A DNA stretch of 64,000 bases from Anthoceros angustus (Eukaryota > Plantae > Anthocerotophyta), in NCBI GenBank assembly GCA_010909165.1, contig VJWM01000205.1, positions 186,001 to 250,000 on the forward strand, in the 5' to 3' direction. The number at the start of each line of letters is the position of its first letter. Position 1 is the first letter of the stretch. Both the position numbers and the translations under genes were made by a program. The notes under the pieces are model-generated. The model ran no database searches. It saw nothing but the letters and a program-made list of their open reading frames with translations, and had not been told where the DNA came from. Below, piece after piece: positions 51,493 through 63,455 of this stretch.

Positions 51493-51503
51493 AAATATAT
51501 ATA
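51493..51503 (-). promoter_or_regulatory. Candidate TATA box of the MADS-box gene
   Basis: CTATATATATTT on the minus strand ~320 bp upstream of the ATG, just beyond the minisatellite. Confidence 0.4.
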
Positions 51504-54116
51504 GCACGAAGGTCTAGCACAAGACATAAATTTCTATACTAGGAAGATAAGAAACTTCTTTACTAGGAACACAAAAACTCTTATAATTTCTATACCTGGA
51601 AGGCGAGAGTCACGCAAGAAGACTATATGGCAGCAACACATGCAACAAAGGAGGTAGTTTGGTCGCAATTTCTCAAACACAATATGTAAATCTCTTTATA
51701 CAGATAGTCAAAGTAGTCTTATGGGCCTTTCACAATGAATTTGAGGACAAAATGGACTGCGCAATCACGTCGGGTGTCGAAAGATACCAAATGACTATTT
51801 CTATCATCGCTCACCCCCTCTTTTCATGGTTAAATTGTGCTTTCATACCCGGCTTCTAACGCCGTTTGTCAGTGCAAAACCCATAACGTAAATGTTTTTA
51901 TACATGGGATTATCCCATTAGATTCCGCAGTGATGGGTTTAAAGCGTCTTCTGAACCTCACGTTGCTATATCAAAACCTTGGCTATTCGCCACAAATTTA
52001 TATGTTTTCGTGACTGCGACAATGCAGTCACTCCTTATTCAGGTCATTTCAAAAACATTAATTACGATCCTTATTCAGGTTATTTTAAAAACATTAATAA
52101 CGCCTTCCCTTTGTTGTCGGCCCTTCAAGGTTGGGCATCATCCTAAGTTTCATCAGTAGGATGAAGCATATTGCTATTCTAACATAATCATAATAGTAAA
52201 AGGTAAAAATATATGTAATCGATTTTTAATATACACTTGCAAATTCTATGAAGGCGGATGGTTCACCAAAGTTCTTCCTTAGCAAAAGTGTTGCATTTTT
52301 GCGGAATTCATACTCGTGTATCAAAACAGTTTTCTACTTCCACATATCCACGGAGGATCTCTCAACCAACGAGTCTTAGAAACCTTAGTAGCGGCGTCAT
52401 TAAGACTCTAAGCATGGCTTCGGAGCTTGAGGCCCAAATCAATTTGCTCACCACCTAAATACGCAAAGTCAGATGGCGAGAAAGGGCAGCCTCTTCATGT
52501 CAATCACACGGTTGCGACTGCTAGTTCGGGACTGGTTGCATCCGACTCAAGGCCCAGGGGCCCGCCATGGGCTCTGAGGAGGCCCGTCATTGTTATCCCG
52601 GGACAAGATAGGGACGACAAGGTGGCACCAGACCTCGGTTTGAAGGTTTTTTGAATCCTCGGCTCCTCGGCTCCAGGTAATCGGTAATCCACAAGCGGCT
52701 GTTCGCACATAGCAGCACTTCCTGCATGTCGGGCCTGCAGCGCTTTTAAACCAGCTGGATGAGGTGGTCTGCCACTGGATCGAATATCGTGTCTGCACGG
52801 AATGTCACAGAATCCCTCAAATTCCAACTAGGGCTGTAGGCCCTCAAAGCATTTTCCAGACGTCTACGCAGCATTCTCCAGAGGCAGATCCCCATCGTTT
52901 ATGTCAGTACCGTACTTATGCTTCACATCCCCATCGTTTATGTCAGTACCGTACTTATACTCCACAGTCATGCTTCACAGCATCAGCATTAAGGCCAAAG
53001 GCAGACAGCTTGCTGAAATAATCGGTGCCCAGTGACCAGCGAGAAACCTTGAGGAATATACCCCGGAGTTGTGAACTTCTGCTCGCCTTGGGCTGGGGCG
53101 TAGTCTGAAGCAAGATGCCCCCAAAAGTTGTCCACATTACACACCTCCTCTCGCTGCCGACGTCGGCACTACTACCAGGTGCTCTTTATGAGGGAACTCC
53201 TACTACCAGGTCTCTTTATGGCGGAACTCCGCTTCACGGCCCCAGCTGTGTGTAGCCTCATACTCTGCTTCTGAATCAGGAGACGAGCATTTTTCTTGAC
53301 ATAGTACATGTAGGCTGAGCCTGGATGAAGTTGTTACCCAGGCCCAGTTGTTAGCCCTGCCATAACCAAGAGTACGGATTCAGCACCGAAGTGAATGCCC
53401 ACCACTGTCAGCTTCGCCATTCGGAAACGGTCCCAAGTCCTCTCCTGCACCAGCGTGCAATAACACGATCCAGCTCCTCCTCGAAAACTGCAACGGACTC
53501 CGACGCATTGTAAAGGGAAGACACGGAGGGAAAGGGGACGCCGTGGACAGCCTCGACACCCCGTTGCTTCAAAACTGATCAAGCACTGACAGCCACGGCT
53601 GCATGGGGGAAGGCATTTGCTCGCTCAAGATGCTCTTCACAGTTGTTTCTTATACCGAAGCACTGGGACTCGAGGCTACATGTAATAGAGCGTGCGGACG
53701 AAGTAATCTCCAGACAAAGTAAGAGAGCATCCTTCTCAAGCATGTGGGACCCACTACCTAGCCATCCTACACGCCCGCTTCTTCCAAGCCATAATGGTTA
53801 GGTGTACCCTGCGCTGCCAAGTTTCTGAGAGTGGAAATTATTACAGGGCAAGCTTTGCTGAAAATCTGACCCTGTGTAGCAAGCCATGGCACAGGCAGCA
53901 TCCTTGCAACTACGTTGCACCTTATCACTCCGAATTGGTTGAGTAGGGCTAACTTCGACAGGAAGTGGGGTTCATGGAACTGGGATGAATCAGTCTGCAA
54001 TGAGGATGTCATCCTCAGCGTAGAATGAAGCGACAGTGCTCTGAGCTGGGGAGACTTGATGAGAATCGCAGCAAATCCTGGTGGCCTCACTGTTGTCCAG
54101 CTAACTGAAGCTCGGG

Positions 54117-55124
54117 ATGTCTTCCCTATCGTGCCTGCCCATTCCGCTGACGCCTTGCTGTTCTGAGGATGCCAGAGAGGTGGAGTACCAGAGGGCCTTA
54201 GTGGCTGAGACGGCGATGCGGGCTGGCCCTGCCATCTCCAAGCAGGATGTCCTGTATGAAGACGAGTGGTTGTTGGTGGTGAACAAACCTGGTGGCCTGT
54301 ACTCTGGCCATGTGTTCGCCTCAGCAGCCTCGGTGATGCAGTCAGCAGATGCCGCTCACCTCCATCTGGCGAACCGTCTCGACCGAGACACCAGTGGGGT
54401 GCTGGTCATCTCCAAATCCAGGGAAGCGTCTGGGAAACTCGGGCAACTCTTCACGAGGAAGAAAGTGGCCAAGAGCTATGTTGGGCTGTGTCTTGGAGCG
54501 CAGCCGCCGTGGAGTGCAGTGACTGTCACGTCTGGACATGGCAGGCCCCGGTTTGGCACTTATCATGTTTACCCTGCCCATGACATTGGCAAGAGGCTTC
54601 CTGGCCTGGGCGGATCGATGGTGAGAGAAATGACAACAAGGTTTCTGTTCTCAAACATCAGTGAAAAGTTTCAGAGGTCTGTCGCAAGTGGAGTGCAGGG
54701 GTGCGACAGGGACAGGGACATGGGTAATTTCAACAAGAAAAAAGAAACTGACCACCATGAGCTGAAGGTCGCTGGAAGGGAGTGCGCAGTTCCTCAGCAG
54801 GATGTGGAACATACACACACTTCTGAACACTTTTCTGCAAGCAGGTTGCCAGAGTTGAGTGCATCACAGAAAGTGCAGAAATTTTTGGTGAGAGCATTTC
54901 CATCGACGGGTAGGACGCATCAAATCAGGTTGCAGTGTCTCTACCTAGGATTGCCTCTAATAGGAGACGTTAAGTATGGTGCTCCTCATCTATTCGATGG
55001 GATCAGGTACGACGCCCATTGCCTTCATGCTGTGAGTCTCTCTTTCAAGCATCCCATTACTTCTGCAGATGTGCTCGTGGTCGCCCCCCTTCCATCCTGG
55101 GCCACGGAGGTTTGTGCAGACTAA
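54117..55124 (+). CDS. RluA-family RNA pseudouridine synthase, intronless, 335 aa
   Basis: VLYEDEWLLVVNKPGG, catalytic LANRLDRDTSGVLVISK, VAKSYVGL, TGRTHQIRL..LGLPLIGDVKYG, CLHAVSLSFKHP. Confidence 0.95.
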   Translation: MSSLSCLPIPLTPCCSEDAREVEYQRALVAETAMRAGPAISKQDVLYEDEWLLVVNKPGGLYSGHVFASAASVMQSADAAHLHLANRLDRDTSGVLVISKSREASGKLGQLFTRKKVAKSYVGLCLGAQPPWSAVTVTSGHGRPRFGTYHVYPAHDIGKRLPGLGGSMVREMTTRFLFSNISEKFQRSVASGVQGCDRDRDMGNFNKKKETDHHELKVAGRECAVPQQDVEHTHTSEHFSASRLPELSASQKVQKFLVRAFPSTGRTHQIRLQCLYLGLPLIGDVKYGAPHLFDGIRYDAHCLHAVSLSFKHPITSADVLVVAPLPSWATEVCAD

Positions 55125-55814
55125 GTTTAATGTTACACAGTGAAAGCACTGAAAAGCTTCTCTTTCAAACACCCCTCGCTTTTGCATATGTGCTCGTGTA
55201 AGCCCCCTTCCATTCTGGGCCAAGCAGGTACTGTATGTGCAGTCTAAGTTCATCGTGTACCATGAAGGCTCTGAAAAGCCCAGTCTAAGTTTGACGTTAC
55301 ACAGTGAAGGCTCTGAAAAGCCTAATGTTCCCCCCACAACACCCGAATATGCCAATGCTACCACAAACCTCATTCCGTCACCACAGAAATAACCGGGGAG
55401 GCTGGCACTGCCACTGCTCCGAGTCCGTCATCTTCTCGAATCTTCTGTACAACCTCTGCCAGATATGGAATTGCTGGATCCAATACTGCTTCTGCTTGAC
55501 ACATCGCTGCCATATGCCCTCCAGCACTTGTACTCCCCTCGCGTTCTGAAGACGGGGAGGAGTCCGCCCGAGGCGTTTGTTCGGCCACTTGATTCGGACT
55601 ACAGGGACGGGTATCTTATCTTTTCTTGGACAAGCGGCTTTGGCCGATTCTCATGTACTCACTCTTCGATTCGAAGGCTAAATTTCTGTCGAACTGGGCC
55701 GTTCTTTGCGTGAGAGATGCCCCGGATGCTGCCAGTCAATCTGTGATTTTTCCAAGAGTTTTCGGCGCACAGAGCCGCTAGAAAGGCCCAGAACTTAGAG
55801 CAAACTACTCAATT

Positions 55815-58800
55815 TCAATAGTTCCGTCGTTCTGGGGTTAAGCTTTGGGTTTGTTGAAAGCCTTCAGGTGAGCTGGTGCTGTTCTCTTCCAGACCGTGGA
55901 GGTAGGTTTGAATTTTAGACCGAAACTTCTCCATTTCCTCCGGTGTTAGGCCCGAAGTGGGATCCCTGCCGTCCCGCCGAAAACTTACCAGAACTTTCTC
56001 CTGCTCGATAGGCGCGTGGATGACATTGCAGAACGTTTCCACAAGAATTTTGGAAACTAATTTACTGTCCGGCTCGCAGCTCTCTTTCAAAAGATTGATT
56101 AACACCTGCCAGGCAAAAGAAGCTTCAGAGAGCTGAAATACACATTGACACAGCTGGAGTTCAGAGAATCGCAGGTGCAGCAGCAGCGAAGTCTCCTGAT
56201 TCAGGTAATAGCTCACCTGGGCGCCTCCAGCTTCTCTTATCTTTTCTGCAATATCGGGCTCTGTGGATAAATTTCGAAGGATAGCGACCTTGGTTGAGCG
56301 TTGCTTGTCGTTCACGGTCGCCTTCCGTACAGCATCAACGACCAGTCTGACGTTGGCACACTTGGGGGCCGCACCAGCAACAAGCTTACGGCCGATAGAA
56401 TTCTCCTTCATAGTCATCCTCAAAAGCTTGTTGACACCATTCGCGTATACATTTTCAGAATCCTCGACACTGCAAAGCATGATGTTGATGAGCAGTTTGA
56501 TGATTGGAATGCTTGCTTTGCTTGCGTTCTGATAGTCCACTGCCTGTACAGAAGGAAGGGACAGAAGTAACAAGTATCAGCCTGATAGCAAAACATGACA
56601 GACATGACTAACATGTCTCTCCTACAAGACATGCATACTGCTGGTTCAATCGAAACAACCTTCTGCCAGAACTGCAATCCCTCTTCCTTTCGGCCCGCGC
56701 TTGCTGCATAGGCGAGGCCAACATACACGTACCCTGCTGAGGAGTGTTTGCTGGCTGCTTTTTCATAGTTCTGTACAGCTAACTCAAAATTCCTCTCCGT
56801 ACCATATCCAGACTCATAGCACATTCCAACCCTGACGAAGGCATCTGGATGACCATGACTACAAGCTTTCTCATACCACTTTAGAGCATTTTTGAAGTCG
56901 TGATCTTCCGCTCCCCACGAGGCATAGTGGTCTCCCACATGTACCCAGGCTTCCGGGAGACCCTTAAGCACATCCTGCCACTCATAGTGGACTACACAGA
57001 GCTTCTCAAAACCTTCCAACAAACTACCCGAAGAGTCCTGAGGAGAAAGCTCCACGCCAGCGGACAAATTCAGACTAGGTGCTGAGGCACTTGCTGGTCG
57101 TGTAGTTGCACCTGATTTTGGCTCAGGGTACTCCCATTTACCGAGGCAGTCCAGGAAGATGTCCTTGGGGATCCTCGAGTAGTTGGAATCCACAACTACC
57201 TTGTCGATCCCATGGTTCAAAACCTCTCTTGTTAACCATTTGAGGCCGCCCTGACAAGCGAGCTCAATCATGTCTTCTTCTGTTGAAATCCGATAATCAG
57301 CACTCGGGTCAAAGTCAGGCTTCATAAGCACACTCTTGTAGTGGAGAAGGACAACGCAAATATCAACAAAAGAGGGTCTGTTTCCAGGCTCTGTGTCCCA
57401 ACAACGCCCAATGTAGTCCACCAAATAGGCTGGACAATTTTCAACGGAGGGTCTTTCACCTTGCATGAGAGCATCATAAAGTTCTCTGTCCCTCACCTTC
57501 CACTTCTCAGATGGTTGTCCTCCAAAGACTTCAAAGCAAGTGACTGCAAAGCTGTAAACGTCTGCTGGTTTACTGTATTCTTGCTCACCATGGCCAAGCA
57601 CCTCAGGGGCCCTCCAGTAACTGGTTCCGACATTACTCCTCAGATTGGCATCCCTGTACTGTGTTGCCAAGCCAAAATCTGTCAGCTTCACATGGAGATA
57701 TCCCTCGTTAGACAGATCATTTCCTTCTGAGTTGCCGTTGGACATAATCCGCTTAACCAGAATGTTAGTAGCCTTCAGGTCTCGATGCATCACACCACTC
57801 TCATGAGAGTATTTCATTCCTCTAGCGATCTGAAGTAAAATATCAACAGCCACATGGAGAGGAAATGGTGCAAGACGGGTGGCAGATGTTTGGCAGTTAG
57901 CTCGTCTTTTTATTCTTTTCGAAAGATCCTCACGATCCATAAGTTCAACCAGCAATTGACTTCTTGGTGGTTGTTGATCAGTTGTTGAGTAACTGTAGCC
58001 TATCAGTTGAACAATGTGGAAGTGCTTAAGCTTATACAGGCTTTTCAACTCGTTCGGGAAGGTATCCCTGAGATTTGTAGAATAAAAATAAATTTTTGCA
58101 GCCAAACTTTCTCCGAGGTATTGACATTGCATAACGGCTGCAGAGGAGCCGCTGGAGATAGGGAGGGAGTACTCTACCTTGTTGTCATCAATGTTGAGAT
58201 ATTGAGGCAGCCATACTGTATTGCTCAATGGGTTCTGTGGAGACCGAGAGCTGCGTCCATCATCATTTATCCTGTACTTGTCGGCAACCTGATAACGATC
58301 GGCCAACTGTTCCAAAACAAAAGTTGCAATGTCATGCCTGTGATTGTGAAGCTTTTCTTCCTCCTTTCCTTCTTCCTCCGTGAGTGATTTACGTTGTATT
58401 CTTGGACCTAGGCACGGGCACATGTAGAGTTTCATCAACAGTGGAACCACAACGACATGTCCAGGGCCTGTCCACAAACACACTACGACAAACACACAAG
58501 ATATATGACCAGCCGAAGAACTTGACAGCGAGGTTGCATACCTTGATCAGCGACATACTGAAGTTCCTTCAAAAGCAGCTCACAGTCCTCTTGGCACTGC
58601 GCAAAGGAGCCGAGACCTTTCTCACGCTCTGCCGCGAGATACTTATGGTATTTTTCAGAAAGAATGACACCACAACATAGAATCTGCCACCTGTGAGCAA
58701 CCCGAAAAGACTTAGTCTGTTCGTGCCTCTCACTCACAAAAAGTGACCTGTTCACTTGTATCATGTGCCAATATAGGTCCAGAAGGGACTGAACAACAAA

Positions 58801-59469
58801 TGCTCCTTGGGGTGCTCCCACAATCGAGAGTTTCAACCAGTGCTCACGAATGCAAGGAAGACTGATGACTTTGCCCTCCCGAAATCGCAGAGGAACACTC
58901 TCCTGATCATAGCCACCAGCACAGAGACAGGAATGCTTGACAGATAACTGGTCATTCTCCTGGACTAGTTGCACGTGATGCCTCAGCCGGTCGCACTGTA
59001 ACAGAGTCGGCTTCCCCTTAGTTATCTTCACCTCCTCCCAGTCTCGCAAGGCGCTGCAGCGAAAACAGATGTCATGCTTAGCACCAGTTCAAGGAAGTAG
59101 CTGTAGCAGTAGCTGCAGCCGTCAGTCAAGGCATTCCCCATTCCCATCAAGTCACCTGTCACAGGAGTGCAGATACTCCAGATTATCTCCCAGCTTCCTG
59201 AGCTTCCAAAAGTGCTGGGAACTGGAGCTTTGAACCAGGCTTTCCCCAAGGACCAGCTGCCTGTAGAACTCCTTAAGCGCTAGCTGGCACTTCGGAATAG
59301 CGGCTTCACATCTCTTCCACACTGGCAGGCAGTGCCTACTTGCTACGTTGTACAGTCGGACCACCAGCTCGCACAACCTTCTATTGAGAAGGATTTTCAC
59401 ATTGGGATCATAGTGCACTAGGATGTTTACTCGCCCTATCACTTTGTGAGATTCGTCTATGAATTCCAT
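55815..59469 (-). CDS. Multi-exon protein: N-terminal helical-bundle-like region, TKL-type kinase, Sel1-like repeats and ARM-like tail
   Basis: Kinase at ~58170-57340 with AAKI, HRDLKATN, DFG, WRAPE, DVYSF and CWDTEPGNRPSF. Sel1-like ALKWYEKAC..GHPDAFVRVGMCYESGYGTERNFELAVQNYEKAA. Tail VAILRNLSTEPDIAEKIREAGGAQVLINLL. Exon 1 (59469-59155) splices at GTGACT...GCAG. Confidence 0.85.
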
Positions 59470-60444
59470 GGTTCTGTGCTCTCGACCAATCCCTCATCGG
59501 AACTCGGGATCTGAAGCATTCCAATGCCCACACTGCGCATTTGCAAAGTAAAGGCTGGTGACTAACCCAATCCTTACTGTCAAGAACACTCCAAAGCGGA
59601 GAACATGGGCAAGGTATGACACCCTGCTTCTGTTCTCACCTTGCACGGGCCTGGTGGGCTCAACTATCAGGCGAGAAAAACCCATCAGGCGGATTTGATG
59701 CAGCCTCGTCGTACTTCGCACATGCCGTGGACGGCACCGGTCCCTCCGACGAACCTGCCCGCCTGATTTTAAGCGCGGCCGTGTGCCCCACCATGCTTGT
59801 CATGAGTTTTACTTCTGCTCTTCGACAACCGAGTGAACGGGCAGCTGGCAGACAGTTGCTACCATTCCTTTCCTTTCCTTCGCGCTTCGCTTCGCTTCCC
59901 TTGCCTTCCCATTGTCTAGAGGAAGCCTGTGCTCTGTGACGAAGGTTAAAATGCAGCTCGTAGACTGTGACGAACGAAAACATTGTGAAGAAAAGGAAAA
60001 AGACGAAACGGTGAGTGTCTGTGAAACTTCCATTGGAGTCCTCGACGTCATGGACAGTGAAATGACAGATAGGGCAGCTGCGGGAGCGCCTTCCTGGCGA
60101 GGTAGTCTAGAAAGCTATTGGAAGCAATAGGATGCTTTCCCCGAGCACACGCAACTGTAGAGCTCCAGCGGCATCCTGAGCTGCAGAATCCATTACCTTA
60201 CGAGTGTGCAGGGCAGCTGTGTGGCAGTGTGGCGATATGAGCTGTTGATGGAGTTGTGTGATCCTGACGGAGAGCCCGATGCTTGGCGGATTGCAGATCT
60301 ATCTTTCCATTTGGCGAAGGAAAACCCTGGACAGGCTGGATGATGAATTTGGTTGAGCACCAAGCGGGTGATGCTGTATCAGGCATGATCTCGTCGTAGG
60401 ATTCAGGTATCTCGGAATTCTTCACGGGTAGAGAAGGAACCGGA

Positions 60445-61239
60445 ATGACATGCCAGGGCGGCGTGGATTTGGTAATGTGGAAGAGGCCTTGGTTGGCAAC
60501 AATTGTGCTGGCGTGCGGCACATTTGTGTACCACGAGTGTGTTCTGAGGGACCGGAGCTTGGTGTCTCTTCTCTCTGACGTCCTAATGGTGTTTTTCATT
60601 ACAATAGGAACACTCGGGTTCTACTTTCGCAGTCGGAATGAGCCGATTCTGGATTTCCGGCAGTTCGAGGTGTCCGCGGATGCTGCCAACAGCTTGGTGG
60701 CTGCCTTCGCCAACACAGTCGGAGCTGCCGAAAGCGTTTTGCGCGTTGCTGCCTGCGGATCTGACATCAAGCTGTTCATCAAGGTGATTTTCGTACTTTT
60801 TCTGACAGCTGCGATGGGAAGGGCGGCGTCTGGCGGCACTGTCGCTTACGTTGCGTTATGGATCATCTTCATTATACCAATTGGCCTCGCGAAGCTAGCA
60901 CCAGCTGCCGCTCAAAGCAAGTTTCTCAATCGGCAGGCGTCGGCTGTGGAAACCCTGGCAAGGCTGGCCCTCGGAATCGGTACGTGCCGTCATCGTAGGC
61001 TTGGCGAAGTTATGAAATCAGTGGGAGATTCAGTCATTCTTCCTTTGCAAATCAGTCTCAGGATGTGTGGAGATGCTCGAAGACAACATTTCGTTATGCT
61101 GGTGTTGGATGGGATTGTTGGTTGGGCAATTCATTACCTAGACTACTTTAACCCGCGCCGGTCACCCGGGTGGTACAACTGCGATGGCAACTGCGGAGAC
61201 TTCCTGTTTGTGGCTCTCTTATGGTCGTTGGTCAGTTGA
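60445..61239 (+). CDS. Reticulon-like protein (RTNLB22/23-type); 3' end may be spliced after ~60979
   Basis: VDLVMWKRP, LVSLLSDVLMV, FEVSADAANSLVAAFANTVGAAESVLRVAACGSDIKLFIKV, GTVAYVALWIIF. Confidence 0.85.
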   Translation: MTCQGGVDLVMWKRPWLATIVLACGTFVYHECVLRDRSLVSLLSDVLMVFFITIGTLGFYFRSRNEPILDFRQFEVSADAANSLVAAFANTVGAAESVLRVAACGSDIKLFIKVIFVLFLTAAMGRAASGGTVAYVALWIIFIIPIGLAKLAPAAAQSKFLNRQASAVETLARLALGIGTCRHRRLGEVMKSVGDSVILPLQISLRMCGDARRQHFVMLVLDGIVGWAIHYLDYFNPRRSPGWYNCDGNCGDFLFVALLWSLVS

Positions 61240-61362
61240 CGCCATCGCTGTGGTGTTGAGCGAATGTGAAACGAGAGAAGTTACTGGTGTTACTGGTGAG
61301 GGAATGCTCGCGTGACTCGAGACAACTGAACTGTGCTTTTAACCGGGACAGGAGGACTTTGC

Positions 61363-61959
61363 GACTTTGCCCTCCCGGAATCGCAGAGGAACACTCTCCT
61401 GATCACAGCCACCAGCACAGAGACAGGAATGCTTGACAGATAACTGGTCCTTCTCCTGGACTAGTTGCACGTGATGCCTCAGCCGGTCGCACGGTAACAG
61501 GTCGGCTTCCCTTAGTTATCGTCACGTCCTCCCAGTCTCGCAAGGCGCTGCAAAACAGATGTCATGCTTAGCACCAGTTCAAGGAAGTAGCTGTAGCAGT
61601 AGCTGCAGCCGTCAGTCAAGGCATTCCCCATTCCCATCAAGTCACCTGTCACAGGAGTGCAGATACTGCACTTTATCTCCCAGCTTCCTGAGCTTCCAAA
61701 AGTGTTGGGAACTGGAGCTTTGAACCAGGCTTTCCCCAAGGATCAGCTGCCTGTAGAACTCCTTAAGCGCTAGCTGGCACTTCGGAATAGCGGCTTCACA
61801 TCTCTTCCACACTGGCAGGCAGTGCCTACTTGCTACGTTGTACAGTCGGACCACCAGCTCGCACAACCTTCTATTGAGAAGGATTTTCACATTGGGATCA
61901 TAGTGCACTAGGATGTTTACTCGCCCTATCACTTTGTGAGATTCGTCTATGAATTCCAT
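61363..61959 (-). pseudogene. Truncated copy of the kinase gene: exon 1 intact, exon 2 frameshifted and cut
   Basis: MEFIDESHKV... is almost identical to 59152-59469. No kinase domain follows. Confidence 0.85.
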
Positions 61960-63455
61960 GGTTCTGTGCTCTCGACCAATCCCTCATCGGAACTCGGGAT
62001 CTCTGAAGCATTCCAATGCCCACATTGCGCATTTGCAAAGTAAAGGCTGGTGACTAACCCAATCCTTACTGTCAAGAACACTCCAAAGCGGAGAACATGA
62101 TGGGCAAGCTATGACACCCTGCTTCTGTTCTCACCATGTACGGGCCTGGTGGGCTCAACTATCAGGCAAGAAAAACCCATCGGGCGGATTTGATGCAGCC
62201 TCGTCGTACTTCGCACATGCCGTGGATGGCACGGGTCCCTCCGAAGAACCTGCCCGCCTGACTTTTAAGCGCGGCCGTGTGCCCCACCATGCTTGTCATG
62301 AGTTTAACTCCTGCTCTTCGACAACCGAGTGAACGGGCAGCTGGCAGACAGTTGCTACCATTCCTTTCCTTTCCTTCGCGCTTCGCTTCGCTTCCCTTGC
62401 CTTCCCATTGTCTAGAGGAAGCCTGTGCTCTGTGACGAAGGTTAAAATGCAGCTCGTAGACTGTGACGAACGAAAACATTGTGAAGAAAAGGAAAAAGAC
62501 GAAACGGTGAGTGTCTGTGAAACTTCCATTGGAGTCCTCGACGTCATGGACAGTGAAATGACAGATGACAGCGCCTTCCTGGCGAGGTAGTCTAGAAAGC
62601 TATTGGAAGCAATAGGATGCTTTCCCCGAGACGCAACTGTAGAGCTCCAGCGGCATCCTGAGCTGCAGAATCCATTACCTTACGAGTGTGCAGGGCAGCT
62701 GTGTGGCAGTGTGGCGATATGAGCTGTTGATGGAGTTGTGTGATCCTGACGGAGAGCCCGATGCTTGGCGGATTGCAGATGTTTTGAACTCGTAGATGTG
62801 ACTGTCGAGCTTACTAGAATGTGTATCATTCAATAAAGGTATTGCCCTTCATGCCAAACATCGTTTTCGCGTGCTTTCTGTTCGAAAGCGGATCACTATC
62901 AGCCTCTTGCGCGCCCACCTCCTCGGTTGATGTGAATCCAGCTGTGCCAAGAAGGTTCAGTGCGCTCCAGAATTAGATCAAGTTTCTTTGCCTATGTTTG
63001 TCAGTTGTTGTGCTTGCGGGTGTAAAATCGGGCTGCAAAGGAGCCACCTCAAACGGTTACATTGCCAGTGGCGGCTAATTGGAACCCGTGGCCTGACCAG
63101 AGCATTTGATGGTTTCCGAGGTTTTTCAATCGAGTCCTCTCATCTTCCTTGCAGAGAAATCGTGAACTGTTTTAAGAAGTGTATCAACGGCCAAGAGCAA
63201 ACTTTCTTTGTCAGCAGATGCCATTGACATGAGGTGTGTAGCAAGCAGAAGTGGCTGTCATTTCCAAGCTGTTGCAATATGGTTGACCAAAGTTTGAGTT
63301 ATTGCAGATCTATCTTTCCATTTGGCGAAGGAAAACCCTGGACAGGCTGGATGATGAATTTGGTTGAGCACCAAGCGGGTGATGCTGTATCAGGCATGAT
63401 CTCGTCGTAGGATTCAGGTATCTCGGAATTCTTCACGGGTAGAGAAGGAACCGGA

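Noticed and set aside
52258-53600. Short ORFs between the MADS and PUS genes
   Set aside because: No recognisable domain or consistent exon structure
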